In this document: positions 51,778 to 64,000 of the stretch, one piece after another
Layout: each line of letters opens with the position of its first letter
Numbering within the stretch: position 1 is the first letter of the stretch
Source: Eledone cirrhosa
Taxonomy: Eukaryota
DNA: 64,000 nt
Reading direction: 5' to 3'
Assembly (NCBI GenBank): GCA_964016885.1
Contig: OZ024758.1
Location: 33,046,001 to 33,110,000 of the forward strand
Made by a program: the position numbers and the translations under genes
The notes under the pieces: generated by a model
What the model was told of the DNA's origin: nothing
What the model saw: only the letters and a program-made list of their open reading frames with translations
The model's database searches: none

Positions 51778-53504
51778 ATTATAAAGTGAAATGACAGGAG
51801 GCCAAATATGTTGAATTTCCTTAATTATTTATTCCTGCAAACATTATGCACATTTCAGTGGCCAGGTTGTGTAATAACCCGGTGACATCTTCAGGTGTAA
51901 ATTGCGTAATAGATGTATAACAACAGAATGATGATAAACTTTAAGGAAACAAGCAAAGAAAAAACAGAAGAAAAAGTGTGTGTTTATGTTTTTGACCCAG
52001 AGATGAACGAAGCAGTGTGTTGTTACAATGCCTCTCTGTCTCTGAGTGAAGTTATCTTTAACAAATCCTTCCCGTTAGTTTTGCTAAGCGGGTCGAGGGA
52101 TGTATAGTTTACTTGGTGATCTTTATAACACATTTTACTCATCCTTTACATTCTTTTACTCTCTATGTCCCCAATACATTATACTTTCCATTAAATACTC
52201 TTACGCATATTTACCATTAACTATATGTGTATTTATTTAATTAATTATCCTCCCTACTCCTTGGGATACATTCGCTATATAATATACGATAGTGTCCTCA
52301 TATTATGGTGATAGCCTGGTTTCAATGTCTACTTTGCCTATGTAGATTACATCCAGTATGATTTGGGGACTAACCAGCAGCTAGGGATTGTGTATAGGTT
52401 CTCCTGTCTCATTAAATCCTGCGTTGCTTCAGTTTTGATACTTCTCAACTTTAGCATTAACTTCACTAGTGCGAATAGCTAGAAATACATGACATATATT
52501 ACAACAACAGTTGGCGGTGGGGACCCTTCTAGCTGCACTTGGGGTGCCTGGGTTTGTTTACCTCTTTAGGTGCTTGGAAATAAATTAGATTTCCTTTTTC
52601 TACGGTATAGCATAATACTCGGAACGGTTTGGGAACCTTTGGGCCCTGTATGTTGGGGAGGGGGGTGCCATCTTCAGTTGTTAACTGCCATACCATACTA
52701 CTAATATAACATTGAACTACGAGAGGAACCCAAAGCGGATATTAATTTAATTTAGCTCAACTTATATCATGTTATTTGTTTATTAGGTCCCTGATTTACA
52801 CAACTCTATAATTAGAATCATTAACATAACTGGTCTTTCTAATTAATGATTGCCTAACATACGCTACTCCACTGGACAACTGTGCGAACTCTACTTATTT
52901 AAAACTTAAACATTTTTAAACACTGTTTTAATTTTCAATTCCTAAAATTAACCCCAACTTCTAAACATTTTTAACCGGAATTTTTCTCTACTTTATATGT
53001 TCCTGCCCCCTCCCCCCCCCCCGTATTTTGTATACTTTCCGTGAGTGTATAGACCTTAGCTTGACCCAGGCAGCTTACCGTTCTCTGTAACACGATATTC
53101 TTCACCCCTCCCCTTCTCTGGCCTGCTGTCCAAAGGTTGTTAGAGTTGAAAGGTAGTAGAGTTTCCCCAAGTAAACTAAACATCCCTCGACCCGCTTAGC
53201 AAACTAACGGGAAGGATTTGTTAAAGATAACTTCACTCGGAGACAGAGAGGCATTGTAACAACACACTGCTTCGTTCGTCTCTGGGTCAAAAACATAAAC
53301 ACTTTTTTCTTCTCTGTTTTATCTTTGTTTGTTTCCTTAAAGTTAACCATCATTCCATTGGTATACAACTATTACGCAATTTACACCTGAAGATGTCACC
53401 GGATTCTTACGCAACCTGGCCACTGAAATGTGCATAGTGTTTGTAGGAATAAATAATTAAGGAAATTCACCATATTTGGCCTCCTGTCATTTTACTTTAT
53501 AATA
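51778..53504. mobile_element. Penelope-like relic flanked by ~335-bp inverted pLTRs
   Basis: 51778-52116 is inverted at 53167-53504; internal GIVYRFSCLIKSC (GIY-like motif, + strand, ~52384). Confidence 0.75.
53383..53440 (+). ncRNA. Type I hammerhead motif in the pLTR (mirror copy on the minus strand at ~51841-51898)
   Basis: ACAC-CTGAAGA-TG...CACT-GAAA-TGTGCA-TA-GTGT. Confidence 0.6.
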
Positions 53505-53762
53505 CATTTGACTACGTTCCCGCACTGCCAACATGATTCAACATCAAAAAGGGATGACTTGCATAACGTTGAGTGCTTTTCTCATATTACGTCAAGGTTA
53601 ACATTGCAGAATGACCAATTCTACCCAGTGGTAAACCACCAAATTTAAACGTGTGTGTATGTATGTATATATACATACACATATACATACATGTGTGTAT
53701 GTGTGTATTTACACAAACACACACACACATATATATATGTGTGTGTACATGTATTTACACAA

Positions 53763-53797
<35 letters not shown>

Positions 53798-54344
53798 CAT
53801 ATATACACACATTCATAAGAACGATGGCTACTGCTTCTAAATTTAGTTCTTTCCTAATAATATCGACCAACATTGCACTGAACCGAAATAGATTCCACTG
53901 CAATTAAGTTCTTCGGCAATTTGCATCCAACTGTTGGCAATGATAAAAATCAATGCCATAATTAATGTAAAGTGATTCCACAAATAACATAACAAAAGAA
54001 AACAAAAACAAAGAAAAAAATAAATGTGTTTCTAGAAGCTGATTAAAGATGGTCAATAAACAATAGATTAAATATAAATCGATAAAAGAAAATAAGTTAT
54101 TTTAGAAAGAAAAAAACTAATAATAATAATTTTATTTCTAATAACATTTTTAACAGAAAGGTTTAGTGGAAAATTAGATAGCAGTGACTTAAGCCAAAGA
54201 TCATGACTGACCTAAGTGTTTGTATCTCAAAGGATCCTCTCCAGATCACAAACCCAGGCAAAGTGTTTTGCAGAAGACCAGAGCTTGCCCATACATACCA
54301 GCCTATCCTCTCTGCAAACCATCAAAAATATTAATGAGTTCTTG

Positions 54345-54735
54345 TATAGGCACAAGGCCAGTAATTTGGGGGTAGGCGAAAGTGGGTTAAATTAATCCCA
54401 GTGCATTACTGGTACTTTGTTTTATTGACCCCATAAGGATAAAAGGCAAAACTAACTTTGGCAGGATTTGAACCTAGAACGTAAAGGGCCGTAACTCTAT
54501 GCTGCAAAGCATGGTGTCCGACGCTCTACCGATACTGCCAATATTAATAATATTGGCTTCTGATTTAGGCAAAAGGGGAGGGGGGGGGATCAAACTCCAG
54601 TGTATTACTGGTACTTTATTTTATTGACCATGTAAGGATGAAAGGCAAAGTTGACCTCTGCGAGATTTGAACAAGAACGCAAAAGGAGGTGACTATATGA
54701 TGCAAAGCTTGTTGTCCGACACTCTACTGATCCAC
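54345..54735 (-). mobile_element. Two adjacent SINE family A copies
   Basis: ACTGGTACTTT...GGATTTGAAC motifs occur twice. Confidence 0.75.
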
Positions 54736-54931
54736 ACAGCTACACACGGCTGACATTAAGCAAATAATAAAGACAGCACATCATACAGTATGGGTTTTTG
54801 TCTACTAGAAAATTATGAATACTAAAAAATAAACATTTGAACAAATCAAACATTTGGTGGTGGCAGTAGCAGTAGTAGTATTAGTAGCAGCAGCAGCAAA
54901 GCAACAGTGTTAACAAATTATTGCCACCCAA

Positions 54932-55156
54932 TTAACCCGTTTCCATTACTCTACATTTATTATTATATGTTCATGGTAAAGTCTCTACCGCACATAATTA
55001 TCTTGCATAATATTGAATCTATGACATTTTGATATTATTATTTTTTTTAGAACAATACCTTAACATCAGTATGAGCAGCTGGTTACAGTTGGTTGGTACA
55101 GAAAGAGGTGAGAGATTTCTGGCTGGCAACGGCTGGTTTAATGCCAACAGAGTTAA
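54932..55156 (+). mobile_element. Diverged single-unit TTAA MITE
   Basis: TTAACCC...AGAACAATACCTTAACATCAGTATGAG...AGAG-TTAA. Confidence 0.7.
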
Positions 55157-55378
55157 AACTGGTTCTATTAAAATGTTCAAATTTAAATTCAAATTTCCGC
55201 CTGAAATGTCCTTATTACAAGGTAGCATTAGATTTAAGTAGTTAAATATTTGTCTTTTACTGTTGAGTTGAAAGTTGTTTCATTTATTATTAGCAAAAGA
55301 ACCTGCCATTGCTGAGTACACCTTTTGCCACTTTAAATAACATAACATGCCATTAAATAGCCCCAGAACTCTGCTATT

Positions 55379-55584
55379 TTAACTCTTTAGCATTTACATT
55401 ACTCTATATATAATCTTGTATTTTTATGGTAAACACTTTATTTCACATAATTATCTCACATAATATGGAATCTATGAGAACAATACCTTAACATAAGTAT
55501 GAGTGGCTGGTTATGGTCGGTTTGAACAGAAAGAGATGAGAGAAATCTGGTCGGATACAGCAGGTTTAAATGCTAAAGGGTTAA
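55379..55584 (+). mobile_element. piggyBac-like TTAA MITE, single-unit form
   Basis: TTAA-CTCTTTAGCATTTACATTACTCTATATA...CTCACATAA...TAAATGCTAAAGGG-TTAA. Confidence 0.9.
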
Positions 55585-56177
55585 GGGGAGAAAGATTTAA
55601 ACTATATGATGTCATCATGGAAGATGGCCGTTAAACGATGATGACGCTCCGGGAGCTAATAGCCTATGTATCAAATTTGAACAAAATCGGATGGAACTGT
55701 GGAAATGCATCGCACACAGACAGATATTTTTGTTTATATATAGATTAATTATTAATCGATTACTCTGATAATTAAAACACAAAGACAGTAAATATTTATT
55801 AGAAATATAAAAATGAAAGATGATAATGGCAGTGCTGATTCAGCGTCACAGAGTGTGGGACAAGACTGACTTGAATTACAGGTACAATTTGGCTTCCTAA
55901 CAGTTTCTGTCAACCCAGTTTCACTCACAAGACATGGGTTGACCTAGCACTGTAGTAAATGACACTTTGTCATGATGTCATGCAGTCAGTTTGACCCCAA
56001 AACTTAATGATCATGAAGTGAACCTCTAAACCATTCAGCCATGCTACATCCCGGTCAAAATAGTTTGGACATATAATGTCATGAGATGACACATGCTGAA
56101 TAGAGTAACATGTTGTGGCATTGGAAGAGGGGGGGGTCAGAGAAGATGTAGAAATAAATTATGAAGTATGAGGTCAT

Positions 56178-56675
56178 GTCAAGTGGTCGTGTTGGTGACA
56201 TGATAAAAAGCACACAGTCCACACTAATGTGGTTGAGTTGGTAACACGACAAAAAGCACCCAGTTCACACTGTGAAATGGTTGTGTTGGTGACACGACAA
56301 AAAGCACCCTGTCCACACTGTAAAATGGTTGTGCTGGTGTTGCAACAAGAAGCGCCCAGCCCACACTCTAGCGGGGTTGTATTGATGACACAATGAAAAG
56401 CGTCCAGTCTACATTGTAAAGTGGTCAAATTGGTGACACAACAAAAAGCACCCAGACCACTGTAAAGTGGTCATTTTAGTTGCATGATAAAAGGTACCCA
56501 GTCCACACTGTAAATGTAGTTGACGTTAGGAAGGGTATCAAACTGTAAAAATCAAGCCAGAAACGGTTCTGTATGAGCAACACAGGGTCATCTGGTCTGA
56601 CTTGTCTCACAACAGGACAACTCCTCTAACTCATGCTAGCATGAATGAACGTTAAACGGTGAGGATGATGATGAG
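56178..56675 (+). mobile_element. RTE-tailed repeat with ~7 diverged 48-bp internal units
   Basis: AAAAGCACCCAGTCCACACTGTAAAGTGG units; CATGCTAGCATG...CGTTAAACG tail. Confidence 0.7.
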
Positions 56676-58269
56676 GTCTGATAAACAAGATGAAATAAGA
56701 CTGAGAAGAACAGCAACAGCCATCAGTATACAGACACATTCAACCTTTATCAGCTTGGATGAAAATGGGTGTTAGAACAATAATGATGATAACAATGACA
56801 ATAACAAAAATAGAACTAATAAAAGAAAGGATACTAATTCTAAAGTCTATTTAGCTATATCTTCAAATTATAATGGCTGTAATATTTATTTCCATAATTA
56901 GATTGTCTCTTCAGATCTCTTATTTTGATTGAATTAAGTCAACCCATAAAGGAGGTTAACTTAAGTCATAAAATCTAAACTTATAAAACACAACCTTTAC
57001 ATGATATTTCAATATTATATCAGTAGAAACAATTATATTATATCTGAGTAAATATTTTATATCTAGAATGTCTTGATTTTTTTTTTTATATAGTTTTATG
57101 GTCTTTCTGAACTTATCAAAAACAGATAAATATTATTTTTTACTTATAATTTCATTTCAAAACAAACTAGTTTCTCTTCTTTTCAATGTGAAATCTTATG
57201 TAAGTTTTCATTTCTTCCCAGCATTCTCAAAGTCAAAGAGTCAAAAGGAATTTATTTGTTCTTCAAATATAATACAACAGAAATGAGTATCTCAAACATG
57301 ATATGAAGTATATTCAATATGACATACTTAAAAAATAAAGATCAAATAATAACATAGAAATTAAGCTAGATAACCGAGAATATTTGTAAGTAAATAAAAA
57401 TATCCATATTTATACATAAAAGAACAGAAAGCTATGATGTAAAACAAAAATAACTCAAATTAAGAAACAAGTTAGATGTAAATCAGTAGCATTCCTGATA
57501 GGAATTCAAAATCAAATAAGAGAGAAATTGATTGACTGTAATAGTTCATGAAGACAGCAAAGTTTATATAATCAAATATTATTTTATACAGCTTATACTG
57601 AAAATAATGAATGCATATGGTGCATTAATGATCATCTCTGTTTTTTATGGTTTAGTCAGGAAGACAGGGTTATACCCATGACATTTGCAGTCCTTTGGGA
57701 TTAGATTGATGTGAACTTCAACATCTGTAAGCTGATGTCAAGGAAGAGTGAGTTGAACATAATGTTTGGTGCAAGGGAAAAACACTGTATTAGTAACATG
57801 AGGACAAGAAGTGGGTGTTGGGTTGTCTTGAGTAGAAATGGTATATAATTATCTAGTTCTGGTGAGCAGAGGGGATAGCAATAGCAATGACATAGGAAGA
57901 GTGAGTCTTTGCCATTCATATTTAGGTCATGAATCTTTGGTAATAACTGAAAGAATATGATCACAAATACAAGTGGCCAAAATGGGGTTCCTTTGAAGGG
58001 TCTTTGGAGTAATGTTACTCAATAGAGTACATAGGTCAGATGAGAGAGTCGCTCCAGGTAGAGCTGCTACCGCTATGAATTAAGAGATCACAGTTCTGAT
58101 ACTATGGGCATGTGGTTAGAATGTTTCAAGAAAGAATTGCTGGACAGATGTTACGGGCAAAACCAACTGGCAGGAGACCCAGAGGTAGAGCTCGATTAAG
58201 ATAGTTGGATAACATCCATGAGCTAGGCTGGTCACGCTTGGGAATCCAGCCAGATAATAGCAACATTAT

Positions 58270-58800
58270 CCCAGGTGAGTGGTTAGAGCATTGGGCTTGT
58301 CTTGCTCATACAGGAACTGATTCTGGCTTGATTTCTACAGCTGGATGCCCTTCCTAACACCAACCTCATTTACAGTGAATGCTGGGTGCTTTTTTGCCGT
58401 GGCACCTCCACGACCACTTTGCGGTGGAATGATAGGGACCCCAGTCCTATCATCTTATTTCTACAGCTGAGTAAACTGGAGCAATGTGAAATAAAGTGTC
58501 TTGCTCAAGGAAACAACACATCGCCCGGTCTGAGAATTGAACTCACAACCTTTCAATTGCAAGCCCAATGTTGTAACCACTAAGCCATGTACAGCTATAA
58601 ATATGGTTTCTGATTTAGGCACAAGACCAGCAATTTTAAGGGGAGGGAAAAGTTAATTAAACTGGTGTTTTATTTTATCAACCCCATAAGGATGAAAGGC
58701 AAAGCTAACCTCAACAGGATTTGAACTCAGAAAGTAAAGGGATGTAACTATGCTGCAAAGTATGTTGTCTAACACTCTACCAATATAGCTAATCCACCAC
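58270..58800 (-). mobile_element. SINE family B copy, then a SINE family A copy (~58606-58800) with an 18-bp TSD
   Basis: TGTACAGCTATAAATATG on both sides of the family A copy. Confidence 0.75.
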
Positions 58801-60375
58801 CCTTGTACAGCTATAAATATGAAATATGCTAGGCTGGAGTAGTGCCCCTGTCAAACTTCCAGATATACTATATGAAATAGCTAAAATGTCATGAAGAGCA
58901 AACACTGATTCCACTGCCGCCACCGCCACCACCACCACCACCGCCACCACCACCATCACCATTCTACATTTATTTTCAATATTTGTATGGGTTAGATAGG
59001 TTATCACATTCTGAAGCCAGACATATCAGATGACTGTGTCTCACTCATTAGTTCCATTCTACAGCTTGATGTATAGAAGCCATTTGATAGTGTACTTTTT
59101 ATAGGGAACCAGCATTACAACTTTACAGGATGGACTGATTTCTAAACAAATAATTCAAAGATGCCATCTCTAAAAAACAATAGCTAAGTTAGTGCTAATA
59201 TACTTAATGTAGGAAGGATTTAAAATGCTAACTAGAAATAGCTATTACATTGAATAAAAGTGATATTAGTCAATGACTAATATTACTTTAATTATTTCAG
59301 CAAATAGAAGAGAGAGTATCAGACATTTTATGGTCTTGTTATGACATCCTTACTAACAACTTCACTGCACTTGCCAAACTAATGTTGAAAATATTACTAA
59401 GCAAATGTACAAGATTATACACTGGTTGACATGAAAAATAGAAACTGGAGAATAAAATAATATTAATGACTAGTAGTGAAGTTTTTTTTATTGCATAATG
59501 TCCCTTGCATTACATATGTTAATATTAACTTAATTTTTATTGCCATCATCAAAATCATCGTCATTTTAATGTCCATTTTCCCTGCTAGTAGCAATAATCA
59601 ATAGGTGAGTTAGGTGACAAAAAATGTTGGCACTACGAAGGGCATCTGGACATAAAATATTGGCTTAACAAAGATCCCATGATGTGTATGAGGCCTGGGA
59701 TCGTAAGGTTAACTCCTGCTTTAAGGCCTGTCATTGGGCTTGTAAGGCTAACCCCTGCTTTAACAGAGAAAATGGCCTTAACCTTTTCGTTATCGTATTT
59801 CTGATTAAGTATTCTGTATTTTAAGTAATTAGTGAAGAATGAAAGAAGTATTTACTAAAATTACAATTTCATTAATGTTCTGACAAGGTTTTGAATTAAG
59901 TAGGAAACATTTAAAATGGGTTGTTTTGTTTTTTGTTTCATAAAAACAGAGGTAGTTTTTTATGAAAGGGGTTAAAGGGCTTGTCATTGTTGTAACTATT
60001 GATTACTAAATTAAACACTAACGACATTTGGAAAAAAATACTCAATGATCATCAGTTTGTAGTTCAAAAGTTTAACCCTTTTGATGCTAACACACAAAAA
60101 TCAACCTATGGGTCTATATAACAAAACCACCAATTCTAAAGGGTTCCTATTTGAATTTAAATCTCCCAGCATAATGTTTTTCTTTTTTATAACCTTCTGA
60201 TCAGTTATACCATTTTACAATTTTAATAATGAAATAATAAGTTTAGTAAATCCAACCAAATTCTTCACCAATTAAATAAAGTTTATTTCATTAGAAATAT
60301 GATCATGAAAGGGCTTTAAATATCCTGTAAAGATAAATCAGTTCTGATGTCTTCAAAGTGTGCATCCATCTCATT

Positions 60376-60643
60376 TAATCATGTAGTTCCATGCCATATG
60401 ATTTAAACATGTAGTTTCATACCACATGGTTTAATTATTAGGTTCATGCCACATGGTTTAATTATGTGGTGTCATGCCACATGGTATAACCATGTAGTGC
60501 CATGCCACATGGTATAACCATGTAGTGTCATGACACATGGTAAAACAATGTAGTTTCATGCCACATGGTTTAATCATATAGTTTCATGCCACATAGTTTA
60601 ATCATGTAGTGTCATGCCACATGGTATAACCATGTAGTTTCAT
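60376..60643. repeat. 28-bp minisatellite, ~9 units
   Basis: CATGTAGTTTCATGCCACATGGTTTAAT-like tandem. Confidence 0.85.
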
Positions 60644-60880
60644 AAATACAAAATACCAAAATACTTCTCCAAAAATAGACACTAGCAGTTTTACTGGGTA
60701 CTATAGCAAAAATCTTTCAGTAATGATTTAATGAACTTTATTAGACAATCTGCATGAAAACATCACTGAAGAGATTTTTGCCATTTTTTCCTTGACTAAC
60801 CTAAATTGATTTCTACACTGCTTATGAATGTGTTAACCCTTTTGATAACAACCGGTCCAAAACTGCCTCAGTTCTATGAA

Positions 60881-61066
60881 ATAATTGTTTCTACTTTAGG
60901 CACAAGGCCAGCAATTACCCAGTGCATTACTGGTACTTTATTTTATCGACCCCGTAAGGATGTAAGGCAAAGTAAACCTCGGCGGGATTTGAACTCAGAC
61001 TGTAAAGGGACGTAACTATGCTGGAAAGCGTGGCGTCTGCCTCTCTACCGATACTGCCAATCCACC
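60881..61066 (-). mobile_element. SINE family A with a 17-bp TSD
   Basis: CAGTTCTATGAAATAAT on both flanks. Confidence 0.85.
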
Positions 61067-61131
61067 AGTTCTATGAAATAATGCATCAACATCAGTTTAA
61101 TGCCTATTTTCTATGCTTATATGAGTTAGAT

Positions 61132-61386
61132 CAGAGATTCTCAAACCTTTTGGGCCACTGCCCACCTCACAGCCACAACTCCTATTTATAGAGAGACCTG
61201 CCTATGCACAAATTGTAATAATATAATATTATGTATAAATAAATATATATTTTTCATTTTACTATATAATATATATCATTTGATATTTAATATATTATTA
61301 TATCATCTCTACGCCACCCTCCCATTGCCCCCTGGACATTCTCAACAATCCCCAGAGGGCAGTAGCACTCACTTTGAGAACCTCTG
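61132..61386. mobile_element. hAT (Charlie-like) MITE
   Basis: TIRs CAGAGATTCTCAAA / TTTGAGAACCTCTG; perfect 8-bp TSD AGTTAGAT. Confidence 0.9.
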
Positions 61387-61514
61387 AGTTAGATGGTTTG
61401 TTACATTATGTGACTAGCCAGGTCAGGACAGGTGACTGTGTCTTTCTCATATGGACACATTTTAAAGAGTTCTTATCAAAATTATAATTTTCCATTGTTA
61501 CAAATACCATCTTA

Positions 61515-61655
61515 ATAATTGTTTCTACTTTAGGCACAAGACCAGCAATTCACCAGTACATTACTGGTACTTTATTTTATCGACCCCGTAAGGATGAAAG
61601 GCAAAGTTAACCTCAGCGGGATTTGAACTCAGATTGTAAAGGGACGTAACTATGC
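61515..61655 (-). mobile_element. SINE family A (5'-truncated)
   Basis: Reverse complement of the family A consensus. Confidence 0.75.
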
Positions 61656-62360
61656 TAATGAAATACTGTATATACTTGTATATAAGCCAGGAAATGTGAC
61701 AAAGAAAAAAAAATGATGATAAATTGGCTGTCAACATATTTGAGGTCAATAGTTTGCTGTGATTTTCACCAACTTCAAAATTCTATGTAAATGAGGTGCT
61801 AAAATATTTTCACTTTGGAGGTGAATATTACACTGGTTTCACTTTCAATGTGAAATTCATATTTCCTATTTTTTTTTATGTTTTTTTTAATGAATATGGC
61901 CTTCAAAATGTTATGTCTGAGTAATAGGCAAAAATCATTACATAATGGAATTGTGAAACAAAAACTATACTCTAAACGACACTTAAAACATTTTTAATAT
62001 CAAAATATTAAAACTGTACTCAACAGGGTTTGGAGTTTTGTAAATTGCTCACACATAAAATAGTGGGATCAGCTTATATTCAAGTATCATGATCATCATC
62101 GTTTAACATCAATTTTTCCATGCTGGCATGGATTAGACAAGATATCCTGTTGTGAGAAATGCTAGGTCAGGTGACCATGTCATGTTAATACAGAACCAAT
62201 TTTGGCTTAGTTTGTACAGCTGGATGCTCTTCCTAGAATATATGGTAATTAATCATTTTAGTAAATCCTCCAAAATCTTCATTAATTAATTGAAATATAA
62301 TGTATTTCATAAAAAATACAGTCATGAATGGATTAATGAAACCATCACAATCTGGCAGTT

Positions 62361-64000
62361 TTAACCTTTTAACATTTACATTACTCTATATATACTATTG
62401 TATTTTCACAGTAAAGGCTTTACCTCACATAATATCTCACATAACATTTACATTACTCTATATATACTATTGTATTTTCACAGTAAAGGCTTTACCTCAC
62501 ATAATATCTCACATAACATTTACATTACTCTATATATACTATTGTATTTTCACAGTAAAGGCTTTACCTCACATAATATCTCACATAACATTTACATTAT
62601 TCTATATATACTATTGTATTGTCACAGTAAAGGCTTTACCTCACATAATATCTCACATAACATTTACATTACTCTATATATACTATTATATTTTCACAGT
62701 AAAGGCTTTACCTCACATAATATCTCACATAACATTTACATTACTCTATATATACTATTGTATTTTCACAGTAAAGGCTTTACCTCACATAATATCTCAC
62801 ATAACATTTACATTACTCTATATATACTATTGTATTTTCACAGTAAAGGCTTTACCCCACATAATATCTCACATAACATTTACATTACTCTATATATACT
62901 ATTATATTTTCACAGTAAAGGCTTTACCTCACATAATATCTCACATAACATTTACATTACTCTATATATACTATTGTATTTTCACAGTAAAGGCTTTACC
63001 CCACATAATATCTCACATAACATTTACATTACTCTATATATACTATTATATTTTCACAGTAAAGGCTTTACCTCACATAATATCTCACATAACATTTACA
63101 TTACTCTATATATACTATTATATTTTCACAGTAAAGGCTTTACCTCACATAATATCTCACATAACATTTACATTACTCTATATATACTATTGTATTTTCA
63201 CAGTAAAGGCTTTACCTCACATAATATCTCACATAACATTTACATTACTCTATATATACTATTGTATTTTCACAGTAAAGGCTTTACCTCACATAATATC
63301 TCACATAACATTTACATTACTCTATATATACTATTGTATTTTCACAGTAAAGGCTTTACCCCACATAATATCTCACATAACATTTACATTACTCTATATA
63401 TACTATTATATTTTCACAGTAAAGGCTTTACCTCACATAATATCTCACATAACATTTACATTACTCTATATATACTATTGTATTTTCACAGTAAAGGCTT
63501 TACCTCACATAATATCTCACATAACATTTACATTACTCTATATATACTATTGTATTTTCACAGTAAAGGCTTTACCTCACATAATATCTCACATAACATT
63601 TACATTACTCTATATATACTATTGTATTTTCACAGTAAAGGCTTTACCCCACATAATATCTCACATAACATTTACATTACTCTATATATACTATTGTATT
63701 GTCACAGTAAAGGCTTTACCTCACATAATATCTCACATAACATTTACATTACTCTATATATACTATTGTATTTTCACAGTAAAGGCTTTACCTCACATAA
63801 TATCTCACATAACATTTACATTACTCTATATATACTATTGTATTTTCATGGTAAAGGCTCCCTCACATAACTATCTCACATAATATCGAATCTACGAAAT
63901 TTTCATATTTATTTTGAGAATAATATCTTAACATCAGTATGAGTAGCTAGTTATGGCCACTTTGAATTCTGGCCGGATACGGCCGGTTTAAATGCTAAAG
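62361..64000 (+). mobile_element. TTAA MITE carrying ~21 tandem 72-bp units (uninterrupted array)
   Basis: Starts TTAA-CCTTTTAACATTTACATT, array runs to ~63880, MITE body follows, and the window ends inside the right TIR (TAAATGCTAAAG). Confidence 0.92.

Noticed and set aside
62372-63880. CRISPR-like appearance of the 72-bp and 26-bp arrays
   Set aside because: Head-to-tail repeats with no unique spacers and no cas genes, in a eukaryotic context
62300-63883. 527-aa and 490-aa ORFs (also 35995-36603 and 42150-42716)
   Set aside because: They are translations of the 72-bp tandem (a multiple of 3 with no stops in two frames); there is no evidence of coding

Overview
AT-rich, repeat-dense eukaryotic genomic DNA. 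An octopod cephalopod is inferred from the SINE/RTE/microsatellite make-up but is not proven. I see no host exon that I can support. The dominant feature is an apparently intact, full-length two-ORF Tx1/L1-clade non-LTR retrotransposon (~36527-42167). It sits in the middle of a 72-bp minisatellite, and that minisatellite is the tandemly amplified left end of a TTAA-flanked, piggyBac-like MITE. An uninterrupted ~21-unit array of the same MITE lies at 62361-64000, and single-unit copies lie at 50341, 54932 and 55379. This arrangement parallels the Xenopus Tx1L-in-Tx1D composite and suggests a target-specific LINE parasitising a MITE-borne satellite. A second theme is Penelope-like relics and long inverted repeats carrying minimal type I hammerhead ribozyme motifs, including a retrozyme-like ~470-bp partial tandem at 24911-25590. 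The rest is decayed RTE, CR1, R4/Dong, CRE and Tc1/mariner fragments, tRNA-derived SINEs, hAT and mariner MITEs, and mini/microsatellites.
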